This document shows positions 31,251-41,010 of a stretch of 64,000 nucleotides of DNA, one piece after another. Position numbers and translations under genes: made by a program. The notes below the pieces were generated by a model, which saw only the letters and a list, made by a program, of their open reading frames with translations, was not told the origin of the DNA and did not search any database. The first letter of the stretch is position 1, and every line of letters starts with the position of its first letter. Origin of the DNA: an uncultured Chloroflexia bacterium (GTDB lineage Bacteria > Chloroflexota > Limnocylindria > Limnocylindrales > CSP1-4); assembly GCA_963833225.1 (NCBI GenBank), contig CAWHXD010000019.1, forward strand, positions 885,759 to 949,758, read 5' to 3'.

Positions 31251-31352
31251 TCTTGATGTCAAGACTCTTTATGTCGAACTTGTATGGCCGTACAGTAGCG
31301 CCTAGATACTTTGATGTCAAGAGGTATGACCAAGAGAATCTTGACATCGTGC
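31251..31352. promoter_or_regulatory. MarR operator array (4 sites) overlapping divergent promoters
   Basis: TCTTGATGTCAAGA (31251), TCTTTATGTCGAAC (31266), CTTTGATGTCAAGA (31309), TCTTGACATCGTGC (31339). The last contains -35 TTGACA, with -10 GATACT at 31363. Confidence 0.8.
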
Positions 31353-31375
31353 CGTGAACGTGGATACTCGGTGGC

Positions 31376-31936
31376 ATGGACGAAGAGCGGGACTGGCTGG
31401 ACGAGTCGCTGATCGTGTGGGCGCGCGAGATCCCGGACCTCAACTCGCTCACGGAGGCCATCGTCGAGCGCATCCAGATCCTGTCCAAGTCATTCGACCG
31501 ATCGTTGGAGGAGACGCTCCAGGCGTCCGGGCTGGACCACCGGTCCTACCATCTCCTCGGGCGGCTGCGCAGCTACGGCGCGCCGTATCGACGATCCCCG
31601 GGCCAGCTCGCCGCCGACATGCACCTCTCCAGCGGCGCGATGACCAACCGGCTCGACCGCATGGAGGAGGCCGGCCTCATCCGGCGTCTGCCTGACCCGT
31701 CCGACCGGCGCGGCACCCTGGTCGAGCCGACGGAGTCCGGCAACGCGACCTGGGACCAGACGACCGGCACGCAGGCTCGGCGCGAGGCGATGATCGCGTC
31801 GGTCCTCACGCCGGATGAGCGCGAGGAGCTCCATCGGCTGCTGCGACGCCTGATGCGCGCCTTCCCGGACAAGGAGCACCCGGTTGCGGGCCCGGAGGCC
31901 GGCGGGTCGGACGCACCGGACGCCTCGCGCGACTGA
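31376..31936 (+). CDS. MarR family regulator, PecS/TamR (UrtR)-like
   Basis: W-x-x-E-x-PD N-terminal helix, GAPY-x3-PGQL, SSGAMTNRLDRMEEAGLIRR, DRRG. Confidence 0.9.
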   Translation: MDEERDWLDESLIVWAREIPDLNSLTEAIVERIQILSKSFDRSLEETLQASGLDHRSYHLLGRLRSYGAPYRRSPGQLAADMHLSSGAMTNRLDRMEEAGLIRRLPDPSDRRGTLVEPTESGNATWDQTTGTQARREAMIASVLTPDEREELHRLLRRLMRAFPDKEHPVAGPEAGGSDAPDASRD

Positions 31937-32090
31937 CGCCCGGTCGGTCAGGGGCGGTCGATCCGCAACAGGAGCCGCGGCCTCCCGCCCCAGTCCCGCT
32001 CCAGGACGGAGAACGTGGTCACCCCGGCCGCGGGCGTCAGCGCCTCGTGAGAACGACCGCGAGATCTGCTCGGACTCGTAGGGCATGTGC

Positions 32091-33047
32091 CTACCACCGG
32101 TCTGCCCCGCGGCCGGCCCTGCCGCGCAGGTGAGCGAGCACCTGCGGATCGATCCAGCCCGGCGCCGCGGTCCGCTCCTCCAGGTTCTCGACCGCCATCC
32201 ACGCCAGCAGGCGATCCTGCCAGGCGGGATCCCAGCCATCCGGCAACGGTCGTGGCTCACCGACGCTGGGCCGCGATTCCTCGGGCTCGGCCTCGTCCGG
32301 CCACATCGGGACGTAGAGGGAGCTGCCGGCGTTGGCCGGATCCCAGCCGAGGTGCCCGAGATGGCCGCGGATCTCGGCAGCCAGCGACGCGTCGAGGGCG
32401 ACGAGGTCGGCGGGTGCCGGCCGGTCGAGGAGCAGGTGCGTGAGCTGGAGGAGGCGGCCAAGCTCGCCGACCGGGTCCGCGTGGTCGTCCACGCGGAGGT
32501 CGATCCAGCGATCGTTGGCGCCGCCATAGCCGCCGCCCTCGCGCACGATCAGCAGGGCCGCCGACTGACGCCCACGCCGGTCGCCACCCGCCGCATCGGC
32601 CGCGGCGAGACAGGTCACCAGGAGCTCGGGGAATGGATGGCCCGCGGCTTCGAACGTGTCCGCCAGCGCATCGACGACGCCGGCGCCGGCGAGGATGTTG
32701 CCCTGGGCCGCGTAGCCGGGTCCGGTTCGGCCGCCCGCCCAGGCAAAGCACGAGCGGCCCGTGTACGTGGCCGATCCACCGCTCGCGTCCACGATGCCGG
32801 CCTGGCGCTGCGATCGGAGCGGGTCTGCCTCGACGAGCGAGGCGAGGGTGGCTTCCGCGTCGGTTCCGCCCGCGAGCATCGCCAGCCCATCGGGCCCGTA
32901 GGTGACGTTCGCGTAGGACTGGGTCGCGATCGCCCCAACGCCGGCGCGCGCCCACGGCACCACCGATCCCACGGACAGGAACTTGGACTGGACGGCGATG
33001 CCTAGGTCGCCGGTGGCGCGGTCCCGCGCAACGATGGAGTAGGTCAT
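32091..33047 (-). CDS. DUF1028 family (Ntn-hydrolase-like) protein
   Basis: MTYSIVARD, GAIATQS, QGNIL, GGDRRGRQSAALL and DLRVDDH motifs. Confidence 0.9.
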   Translation of the reverse strand: MTYSIVARDRATGDLGIAVQSKFLSVGSVVPWARAGVGAIATQSYANVTYGPDGLAMLAGGTDAEATLASLVEADPLRSQRQAGIVDASGGSATYTGRSCFAWAGGRTGPGYAAQGNILAGAGVVDALADTFEAAGHPFPELLVTCLAAADAAGGDRRGRQSAALLIVREGGGYGGANDRWIDLRVDDHADPVGELGRLLQLTHLLLDRPAPADLVALDASLAAEIRGHLGHLGWDPANAGSSLYVPMWPDEAEPEESRPSVGEPRPLPDGWDPAWQDRLLAWMAVENLEERTAAPGWIDPQVLAHLRGRAGRGADRW

Positions 33048-33200
33048 GGCGGGTGCCTCCTTGGCGGCCAGCGTAGCGCGCCGGGTGGGGGAGACGGACG
33101 AGCCGCACGCGTCGATCGCGGGCGGCTCGCCTGACTGCGCGAGATGGGCGGGTCGATGCCCGCGTGGCTGCAGGGTCCGGCGGGTCGATGCCCGCCTCGA

Positions 33201-33585
33201 TCAGCTCCTCGCCAGCGAGTCCCGGATCTGGGTCAGCAGCTTGACCTCGTCGGACGGCTCCGCGGGCGCTGCCGGCTCCTCCTTGATCAGCGGCCCTCCC
33301 GATCAGGAACACGACCAGCGCGACCACCACGAACACGATCACGACCTGGATGAAGTTGCCCCAGCGGATCGCGACCTCCGTGGCCGCATCGCCACCAACC
33401 GCCTCCTTGAGCACGATCTTGAGCGCCGTGAAGTCGACGCCGCCGAGCAGCACGCCGATGGGCGGCATGATGATGTCGGCGACGAGCGAGGACACGACGC
33501 TGCCGAGCGCGCCGCCGATGATCACGCCGATGGCCAGCGCGAGCGCATTCGTCTTGGTCAGGAACGCCATGAACTCCTTGAGCAC
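33201..33585 (-). CDS. mscL: Large-conductance mechanosensitive channel (frameshift ~33295)
   Basis: MLKEFMAFL...LAIGVIIGGA...SLVADIIMP...WGNFI; C-terminal EVKLLTQIRDSL in the shifted frame. Confidence 0.9.
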
Positions 33586-33601
33586 CGTGTATCACCCTCC
33601 C

Positions 33602-34150
33602 TCAGGTGGCCGCATGACCGGGCATGCGGCCGTACAGGTCAAACCTTATGGTGCCTCGCGCACCTCGGCCAGTTCGCGCACACTCGGTCATCCCCAGCAC
33701 CCCGAGCAGGCGATCCACGAACGTCGCCTGGGCCGGATTGAGCCGCCGCCTCGCCTCGGAGGGGCTGGCCCACAGCACCCGATCGATCTCCGGGACGCTG
33801 ATCATGCGGCCGGACCGCGGTGGCCACTCGACCTCGGCCCGCATGCTCACGAGCCGGCCTGGGTCCAGGTCGCCCTCCTGGGCGAAGGCATGGACGACCT
33901 TGCCCGAGCGCATCCGGACCTCGCCCAGATCCTGCACCTCGCCGTCGGGCGGCCGCTGTCCGGTCTCTTCCTCGAATTCGCGCCTCGCCGCCGCGAGCAG
34001 CTTCTCGTCGGGGAGCGGTGCGCCCTTGGGGAGCGACCAGGCGCCGGCGTCGCGACGTGCCCAGACGGGGCCGCCGGGGTGGGCGACCAGGACCTCGAGC
34101 CCGTCGGCGGGGCGACGGTAGAGGAGCAGACCGGCGGACAGCTTGGCCAT
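33602..34150 (-). CDS. NUDIX hydrolase
   Basis: SAGLLLYR, HPGGP, WSLPKG...AARREFEEETG and EWPPRSG motifs. Confidence 0.9.
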   Translation of the reverse strand: MAKLSAGLLLYRRPADGLEVLVAHPGGPVWARRDAGAWSLPKGAPLPDEKLLAAARREFEEETGQRPPDGEVQDLGEVRMRSGKVVHAFAQEGDLDPGRLVSMRAEVEWPPRSGRMISVPEIDRVLWASPSEARRRLNPAQATFVDRLLGVLGMTECARTGRGARGTIRFDLYGRMPGHAAT

Positions 34151-34184
34151 GGGCTTCCCGATCCTGCGCGGCGCACACGAAAGC

Positions 34185-34363
34185 GCCCGAAGGAACCGTA
34201 CCGCACCGACTCGCCCACGACACTGCCAAGCAAGCTCGGCCCTGCCGCAGCGGCTCCAGTCCCACCACCCCTTCGGCCTTGCGGCCTCCGTGGCGGCGGT
34301 TCCGGGGACCCGGTCCGATCATCGCTGACCGGTCCGGCGTCGGTACCACCGGCCCCTTCGGGC
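34185..34363 (-). ncRNA. Highly structured ~180-nt non-coding RNA (6S-like size, family not assigned)
   Basis: 14-bp terminal helix, internal helices and GCGA/GCAA/CUUG tetraloop hairpins; G-U pairs work only on the minus strand; the promoter places the TSS at its 5' end. Confidence 0.7.
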
Positions 34364-34370
34364 AAACCGA

Positions 34371-34399
34371 ACGATATCGGTCGGGGAGGGAGGTGCCAA
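34371..34399 (-). promoter_or_regulatory. Sigma70-type promoter of the ncRNA
   Basis: TTGGCA-N17-TATCGT with 7 nt to 34363. Confidence 0.65.
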
Positions 34400-34404
34400 C
34401 CAGG

Positions 34405-34479
34405 TTGTCCACGAGTTTCGGTCCGGTGACGGCGAAGTTGTCCACGACTGCGACGCGCGCGTGGACAACCTGTGGACAG
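34405..34479. promoter_or_regulatory. Cluster of four DnaA-box-like 9-mers
   Basis: TTGTCCACG at 34405 and 34438 (+); TTGTCCACG at 34460-34468 and CTGTCCACA at 34471-34479 (-). Confidence 0.55.
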
Positions 34480-34485
34480 CCGGCC

Positions 34486-35118
34486 TCACGCTTCCTCGGT
34501 GATCACGCCTCGCGCCGAGCGGGCCGGGGCGACCTCGTGATGGCGCAGGCAGCGCGCCTCGTACGTCTCGACCGCGGGGCCGTCGAAGCCGCCGATCACG
34601 ATCAGCGGGTCGTCGATGGCGGCGGGCCGGCCGCCGACCAGGCGCTGGGTGCGTGTCGCCGTCTCGCCGCACACGACGCAGATCGCCGAGAGCATCGTGA
34701 TCTCGTCCGACATGGCGAGCAGCGCCGGCATGGCGCCGAACGGGCGTCCGGCGAAGTCCGTGTTGAGGCCGCTGGCGATCACGTGGCGGCCCGACTGGCG
34801 CAGCATGTCCGCGACCTGCGCGACCGACTCGTCGAAGAACTGGGCCTCCTCGATGCCCACGAGGTCCACATCACGCTCGCGCGCGAGCGAGAGGATCTCG
34901 ACGGGCTTGCCCTTGGGGACCAGCACGGACGGGTAGCGGGCCTTGCTCCGGCTCTCCGCGTAGTCGCTGGGCGTCCGGTCATCCACGTCCGGGCGGACGA
35001 GCAGGATCCGGCGCTTGGCGATCTCCGCCCGGCGGAGCAGGCGCAGCAGCTCGTCGGTCTTGCCCGACGACATGCAGCCGGCGATGACGTGGAGCCAAGG
35101 ATCGGCGCGGTAGAGCAC
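34486..35118 (-). CDS. tdk: Thymidine kinase
   Basis: GCMSSGKT, EEAQFF, GLNTDF...PF, C-x2-C and YEARCLRHH motifs. Confidence 0.93.
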   Translation of the reverse strand: MLYRADPWLHVIAGCMSSGKTDELLRLLRRAEIAKRRILLVRPDVDDRTPSDYAESRSKARYPSVLVPKGKPVEILSLARERDVDLVGIEEAQFFDESVAQVADMLRQSGRHVIASGLNTDFAGRPFGAMPALLAMSDEITMLSAICVVCGETATRTQRLVGGRPAAIDDPLIVIGGFDGPAVETYEARCLRHHEVAPARSARGVITEEA

Positions 35119-35226
35119 GGTCCGAATCTACCGGCTCGGGGCCTCTTTCCGCTGGCACCTTCACCGCCCGGAGCCACCCGCGACCCGAGCCGCCCATGCG
35201 GCGTGCCGGGCGTAGGCTTGCGCGCG

Positions 35227-36160
35227 ATGCACGCGATCGACGTCGAGGAGCTGGCAAAGCACTACGGGCCGGTGCGCGCCCTCGACGGGGTGACGCTCGA
35301 GGTCCGGCCCGGCGAGATCTTCGGCTTCCTCGGCCCCAACGGCGCGGGGAAGTCGACCCTGATCCGGCTGCTGCTGGGCTTCATCCACCCGACGGCGGGG
35401 CGGGGGAGCGTGCTGGGGCTCGACATCGTGGGGGATTCGGTCGCGATCCGGGGCCGGATCGGCTACCTGCCGGGCGGGATCGCGCTCGACGACAACCTCA
35501 CCGGCGAGCGCCACCTCGACGATCTCGCCGCGCTCTCCGGTCGCCCACCGGTCCGCCGGGCGGCCATCTGCGATGCCCTGGAGCTGTCCGCCGCGATCCT
35601 GCGCCGCCCGATCCGCGACTACTCGCGCGGGATGCGCCAGAAGATCGGGATCGTGCAGGCGCTCCAGCATGACCCGGAGCTCGCCATCCTCGATGAGCCG
35701 TCCGAGGGCCTGGATCCCTTGATGCAGCGGGCCTTCTACGAGGTGCTCGAGGCGGCGCGAGCCGCGGGGCGGACGGTGTTCTTCTCGTCGCACGTGCTGT
35801 CCGAGGTGGAGCGCGTCTGCGACCGGGTCGCCATCGTCCGCGCCGGCCGCCTCGTCCTCAGCGGTGACGTCGCGACCCTTCGGGCCCAGCGGCGACGCCG
35901 GGTGGAGCTGCGGTTCGACGGTCCGGCACCGGAGCTGGGCGGCGTGGCAGGGGTCAGCGACGTGGACGTCGACCACGTCGGCGGCTTCCTCACCTGCGCC
36001 CTCGCCGGTGATCCGCGGGCGTTCCTCGACGCGATCCGCAGCGCGGCGGTCAGCGACCTCTCGATCGAGCCGGCGCGGCTCGAGGACGCGTTCCTCGAGC
36101 TCTACGCGGGCGAGGCGGCTGCCGAAGCCTCAGCCATCGCTCGGGGTCGACGGCCGATGA
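35227..36160 (+). CDS. ABC transporter ATP-binding protein (end frameshifted ~36120)
   Basis: GPNGAGKST, YSRGMRQK, LDEPS and SSH motifs; ATGA junction at 36157-36160. Confidence 0.88.
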
Positions 36161-36988
36161 ACGCCGGCCCGAAGCGCGCCATCCTGAGCGTGCCGCTGAT
36201 GCGCCGGACCTGGCGGGCGCAGCGTTCCCGGGTCGCGCTGGTCTGCGTCGGGCTCGCGATCTGGGCGTTCCTGATGCCCGTGATCTACGCGACGTTCGGT
36301 CGACAGCTCGCGGTCCTGCTCGACACCGGGATCATCCCCAAGCCATTCCTGCGCCTCCTTGGCGCCGACCCGTTCAGCCTCACGGGCGCCGTCGCCCTCG
36401 GGTGGATCCACCCCATCGGCATCGGGCTGTTCGTGCTGTTCCCGATCGGTCTGGGCGCGGCGATGATCGCCGGGGAGCGGCAGCGGGGAACGCTCGAGAT
36501 CCTGCTGTCGCGGCCGCTCTCCCGCCGGGCGCTGTTCGTCACCCACCTGGTGACGCTGGCGTTGATCTCCGCGCTGGTCGTGGCGGCTGCGCTCGCCGGG
36601 ACGCTGGCCGGGTCCGCCGCGTACGGGGTGGTCGACGGGCTTCCCGTCGCGAACCTCGTGTTCCTCGCGCGTCAACACGTGGCTGTTCCTCGTGGCGCTG
36701 GCGGCCGTTGCCCTTGCCGCATCGGCCTCCTTCGACCGGCTCGCGACGCCGGTGGGCATCGGGTTCGCGGTGCTCCTGATCGGGTACCTGCTCGAGGCCC
36801 TGGGCACCCTCTGGCCCGACGCCGCGTTCCTCCAGCCGTGGACCCCGTTCCACTACCTGCGCCCGCTCGAGATCCTCGGCGGGACCGGCACGGTCGGCGA
36901 CCTGCTCGTGCTGGCCGGGCTCGCGGTGGCGGCGACCGCGTACGGCCTGTGGCGATTCCCGCGGCGGGACCTGGCGGCGCCGAGCTGA
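36157..36988 (+). CDS. ABC-2 transporter permease (frameshift ~36670)
   Basis: IAGERQRGTLEILLSRPLSR; ends TPFHYL...FPRRDL in ORF 36692..36988. Confidence 0.82.
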
Positions 36989-37321
36989 GGGTCCGCGGCA
37001 TCGCCCGCCTGCCGGTCTCGCCCGCTCCGCCCTCACCGGCCCCTGCGTCGTCGGCCCGTGGTCACCCGCTCGCCGATGGCGCGCTGCGCGGAGCTCTGCG
37101 CCAGATATCACCGCCTGCTGCGATAGCGACGGGCCTGCGGGCCGGGAGTGCGCCTTGCATCAGCTGGGCGTGATGTGGCGTGCGCCGAACCCGCACGGCA
37201 CCCGTCCCTCCAGTGGTGGTGGCCGATATCCGGTGCAAACGCCCCTGCGAGTCACGCGGCGTCGAGTCGCCCATCGGCCCGGGCCGCCTATCGACCCGGC
37301 CAGCGCGACCTGCCTGACCCG

Positions 37322-37774
37322 TCAGGGGCAACTGCCCGAACACCAGCCCGGAAGCGGCGCGCGGTACCCGATCAGCACCGGGACGAGGTCGGAGCCGACC
37401 TGCGCGATGTGAAGGCCGGCGTGCTTGTCCGTGCCAGCGAATGCGATCTCGACGTTGGCGACCCAGGTCCCGCCGTCGGGCGGCTGCGGATACGGGAAGT
37501 TCTGTGCCGGATCGAACAGGCATTCCTCGATCGGGCAGAAGAAGCCGCTGTTGACCCAGACGTGGGTCGGCGTCCAGCCCGTCACGGCAACGGCCGCCAG
37601 GGCGACCCTCTCGGATTCGTCGCACGTCGCCTGGGCCACTCCACCCAAGCACGAACTCGTCATCGTGGCGGCTGTCTGGGCTGTCGCCTGCGTCTCGACA
37701 CCGCTCGGGACCCCGTCGGTGCCGCAAGCGGCCACCATCAGGAGCAGCCCGACCAGCACCAATCGCCACATCAT
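37322..37774 (-). CDS. Hypothetical Cys-rich lipoprotein
   Basis: Signal peptide with VAAC lipobox; three further Cys pairs. Confidence 0.65.
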   Translation of the reverse strand: MMWRLVLVGLLLMVAACGTDGVPSGVETQATAQTAATMTSSCLGGVAQATCDESERVALAAVAVTGWTPTHVWVNSGFFCPIEECLFDPAQNFPYPQPPDGGTWVANVEIAFAGTDKHAGLHIAQVGSDLVPVLIGYRAPLPGWCSGSCP

Positions 37775-37987
37775 CCGGCTACCCCCAGCCGCTGCGGGTC
37801 ACAGACACCCGTCGCGAGCATCGGCTCATTCCGGGTGGTCGTCAAGGGTCGGGCTGCGACCGGCCCGCTCTGGCCGCCGTGCCTGTCTCGCCCTTCGCCG
37901 CAGGCGAGCGGATGGCACGGTCCGTCCATGACGCGATCGCGGCTACGCCGCCACGCGGGGTAACGCCGGGAGCGCCATCATGGCGCC

Positions 37988-38935
37988 ATGACGACCGCGA
38001 CCTCGCCCATCGCCATCGGACTCAGCCTGCCCACCTGGCCGCGGGCCGACCGGACGTACGCCACCTGGCCGGAGATCCGCTCGCTGGCGCTCGAGGCCGA
38101 GGCGATGGGCGTCGACACCCTCTGGGTCGCCGACCACCTCCAGCGCGACCTGGCGTCCGGGGAGCGGATCGGGTTCTGGGAGTGCTGGACGATCGTCACC
38201 GCGCTGGCCGAGGCGACGACGAGGGTGGAGATCGGGCCGCACGTGGCCTGCACGGGGTTCCGCAACCCGGGGCTGCTGGCGCGGATGGCCGCCACGCTCG
38301 ATGAGGTCAGTGGTGGGCGATTGATCCTGGGGCTCGGCAGTGGCGTGCCGGCGACCGACGCCAGCTGGCGCACGTTCGGCTACGACCAGGACCGGCCCGT
38401 GACCCGGTATGCGGAGGCGGTCGAGGTGATCGCCCGGCTGTTCCGTGAGCCGACCGTCACGTTCACGGGCGAGAAGGTGCGCGCGGATGACGCCCAGCTC
38501 CTGCCGCGGTCCCGACACCGTGCCGCGCCGCCGATCTGGGTCGCCGCCAAGGGCGATCGGACGAGCCGCATTGCCGCCCAGTGGGGCGACGCGATCAACG
38601 TCAACGTGCCCCTGTCCGACGCCGCCGGCATGGAGGCGCTCGTCTCGACGGTGCGACGCGCCTGCGATGCGGTGGGGCGCGAGCCGGCAACGCTCGTCGA
38701 TGACGGGCTGGGCGCGCGTGGTGCTCGATCCCGAGGGCAACGGGATTGTTCGGCCGGGTGCCTCACCGGCTCGCCGGGGGAGATGGCGACGGTGGTCCGT
38801 GGGTTCGGGGCTGCGGGCCTGCGGCACCTGACCCTGTCCTTGGGTACGCCCGACGATCCGAGCCGGACGCCGGCGCTGACGCCTGACGCGCTCGGCCGGC
38901 TGGGGCCGCTGGCCGACGCGGTGCGGGCCGTCTGA
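37988..38935 (+). CDS. LLM-class flavin-dependent oxidoreductase
   Basis: WVADHL, RNPGLLARMAATLDEVSGGRLILGLG and PPIWVAA motifs. Confidence 0.88.
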   Translation: MTTATSPIAIGLSLPTWPRADRTYATWPEIRSLALEAEAMGVDTLWVADHLQRDLASGERIGFWECWTIVTALAEATTRVEIGPHVACTGFRNPGLLARMAATLDEVSGGRLILGLGSGVPATDASWRTFGYDQDRPVTRYAEAVEVIARLFREPTVTFTGEKVRADDAQLLPRSRHRAAPPIWVAAKGDRTSRIAAQWGDAINVNVPLSDAAGMEALVSTVRRACDAVGREPATLVDDGLGARGARSRGQRDCSAGCLTGSPGEMATVVRGFGAAGLRHLTLSLGTPDDPSRTPALTPDALGRLGPLADAVRAV

Positions 38936-39024
38936 CTGGCGTCGCCCGATCGGTGCGGGGGGCCAGCGCGCGGTCGCGCGTTTGCATATGCTCCGCTCCA
39001 CGATCGCGAGCCAAGGAGAGGTTG

Positions 39025-39648
39025 ATGGCCGGGTTCACCCCGTTCACGAACAACTACTCGGACCTGTCGGACGAGAACGGCTACCAGTTCGAGTTCAAGT
39101 GCGACATCTGCGGATCCGGCTACCGGAGCGAGTTCATTCGCTCGAACCTGGGCACCGTCGGCAACCTCCTGAGCGGTGCGAGCAGCCTGGTCGGTGGCCT
39201 GTTCGGCAGCGCGGCGAACGCCGCGGACCGGATCAAGGACGTCACCGATCGCGGCGCTCGCGACGAGGCGCTCCAGAAGGCCAGCAACGAGATCATGGGC
39301 CTGTTCACGCGGTGCCCGCGCAGCAACGACTGGGTCGATGAGACGTGCTGGAACCAGGCACGCGGGCTGTGCGTGTCGTGCGCACCGAACCTTGCCGCCG
39401 AGTTGGAGGCTGAGCGCGCTTCGGCCGAACTCTCCCAGATGCGCCAGGCGATGCAGCACGAGACCGTGTTCTCGGGCGACACGTCGGCGCGGCAGACCGT
39501 GTGCACCACGTGCGGCAAGCCCGTCGGCTCAGAGAAGTTCTGCTCCAACTGCGGGACACCCACGGGCCAGAACAAGTGTGCCCAGTGCGGTGCGGAGGTG
39601 GCGGCCGGCACGCGCTTCTGCGGGAACTGCGGCGCGAAGACTTCGTAG
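39025..39648 (+). CDS. Multi-zinc-ribbon protein (double zinc ribbon C-terminus)
   Basis: GGAGAGG RBS; GYQFEFKCDICG plus several CxxC motifs ending KFCSNCG...RFCGNCG. Confidence 0.82.
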   Translation: MAGFTPFTNNYSDLSDENGYQFEFKCDICGSGYRSEFIRSNLGTVGNLLSGASSLVGGLFGSAANAADRIKDVTDRGARDEALQKASNEIMGLFTRCPRSNDWVDETCWNQARGLCVSCAPNLAAELEAERASAELSQMRQAMQHETVFSGDTSARQTVCTTCGKPVGSEKFCSNCGTPTGQNKCAQCGAEVAAGTRFCGNCGAKTS

Positions 39649-39932
39649 GGCCCGGGGCCGGGGCCGGGGCCCGGGCCCTCGGCGCCCCTGCTCGGGCGCT
39701 CGGCGCCCCAGCGGTCGCGTGCAGTTGCGATTCGGGCGCCAGCCGCCGGGATCGTCGCGTGGGACCAGCCCGCGGTGAGACAGATGCTGCCGGCGGCGCC
39801 CACTTCGTCTCGTGACGCGCCGGTTCGGGCCCCAGGCGCCCGCCGCGCGTGTGGTGGTCCCGCCGCGCGTGTGGCGACCCGGCCACACCCATGCTTGTCG
39901 TGTCTGAAGCGATGAGCAGGAGGCGCGGCGCC

Positions 39933-40917
39933 GTGGTCAATGATGACGTCCTCTATGGGTTCCGCCTGCGGCTGTTCAGCCTGGCGGCGGAGCTGGGCAA
40001 CGTGCGGGCGGCCTGCCGGATCTTCGGGGTCCATCCCTCGACCTACTACCGCTGGCGGGGTCTGGTCCTGCGCTCGGGGCTCGAGATGCTCCGACCGCGG
40101 GAGCGCCGGCCCCCCCGGATGCCAACCAGACGAGCCAGCTCACCGAGCAGCGGGTGATCGCGTTCGCCCTGGGCCACGCAGGCGGGCCTCCGACGGATCA
40201 GCGCCACCCTCGCCCAGGCGCGCTGGGGCGGCATCGTCCTGAGCCCCAACGGCGTGTGGCGCGTCCTGCGCCGTCATGGCCTGTCCCGGCGGATCAGCCG
40301 CCTGTCGCTGGTGGCAGGGTATGCGGCACCGCCGAGCCCGAGCGGCCGACCCCGCTCGAGGCGCGCCATGTCGCGGTCGACCACCCGGGCGAGCTCGTGG
40401 GCTTCGACTGCTTCCACGTGGGCCGCCTCGCGGGCACGACCGGACGGGTGTGGCAGTACACCGCGATCGACCTTGCGAGCTCGTACGTCTGGGCGAGCTC
40501 GCCACGACGCCGCTCAACCCGAGCGCCCGGAAGACCTCGGCCCTGGCCCGGCGGGTGGCGGCCGACTCGCGACCGCCGGCTGGCACCTCGAGCGCGTGCT
40601 CACCGACAACGGCGAGCGAGTTCCGCAGCTAGGCGTTCGGGGACACGGTCCGCGAGCTCGGGGCCACGCAGACCTTCATCCGGGCGGGGCGCCCCGCCAC
40701 CAACGGCGCGGTCGAGCGGGTGCAGCGCACGATCCTCGAGGAGTGCTGGCGGCCATCGTTCGCCCGGAGCCTGGTGCCCAAGCTCACCGGGCTCACAAGA
40801 GATCTCGCGGGCTACCTGCGCTTCTACAACGAGGAGCGTGCCCACACCGGACGGCTGACCCGGGGTCGGACGCCGCTCGAGGCCTTGATCGGTGCCCGCA
40901 AGATGAGGCCACGATGA
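39933..40917 (+). mobile_element. IS481-family transposase, disrupted (frameshifts, in-frame TAG at 40630)
   Basis: HTH (NVRAACRIFGVHPSTYYRW), VWRVLRRHGL, AID, LTDN-x-SEF, TNGAVERVQRT and FYNEERAH motifs. Terminal IRs not found. Confidence 0.8.
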
Positions 40918-41010
40918 CCGAGATGCGTCGCTACATCTCGGGGGACGTAGACCGATGGCGACCCGGCACCCGACCGGTGGGGACCCGGCCACCAGACCGA
41001 TGGCGACCGG

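Noticed and set aside
34185-34363. SRP RNA, tRNA, tmRNA or RNase P identity for the structured RNA
   Set aside because: No SRP helix-8 motif, cloverleaf/T-loop or RNase P P4 consensus.
34405-34479. oriC
   Set aside because: No dnaA/dnaN neighbours, no AT-rich unwinding element, and only four boxes.
33820-37173. 1117-aa ORF suggesting an ABC ATPase-permease fusion
   Set aside because: The N-terminal part is antisense to tdk/NUDIX. The ATGA junction at 36157-36160 indicates two genes joined by a frameshift error.
40630-40632. In-frame TAG in the transposase as recoding (pyrrolysine)
   Set aside because: It lies in an already disrupted IS, no pyl genes are seen, and TAG is used as a normal stop elsewhere.
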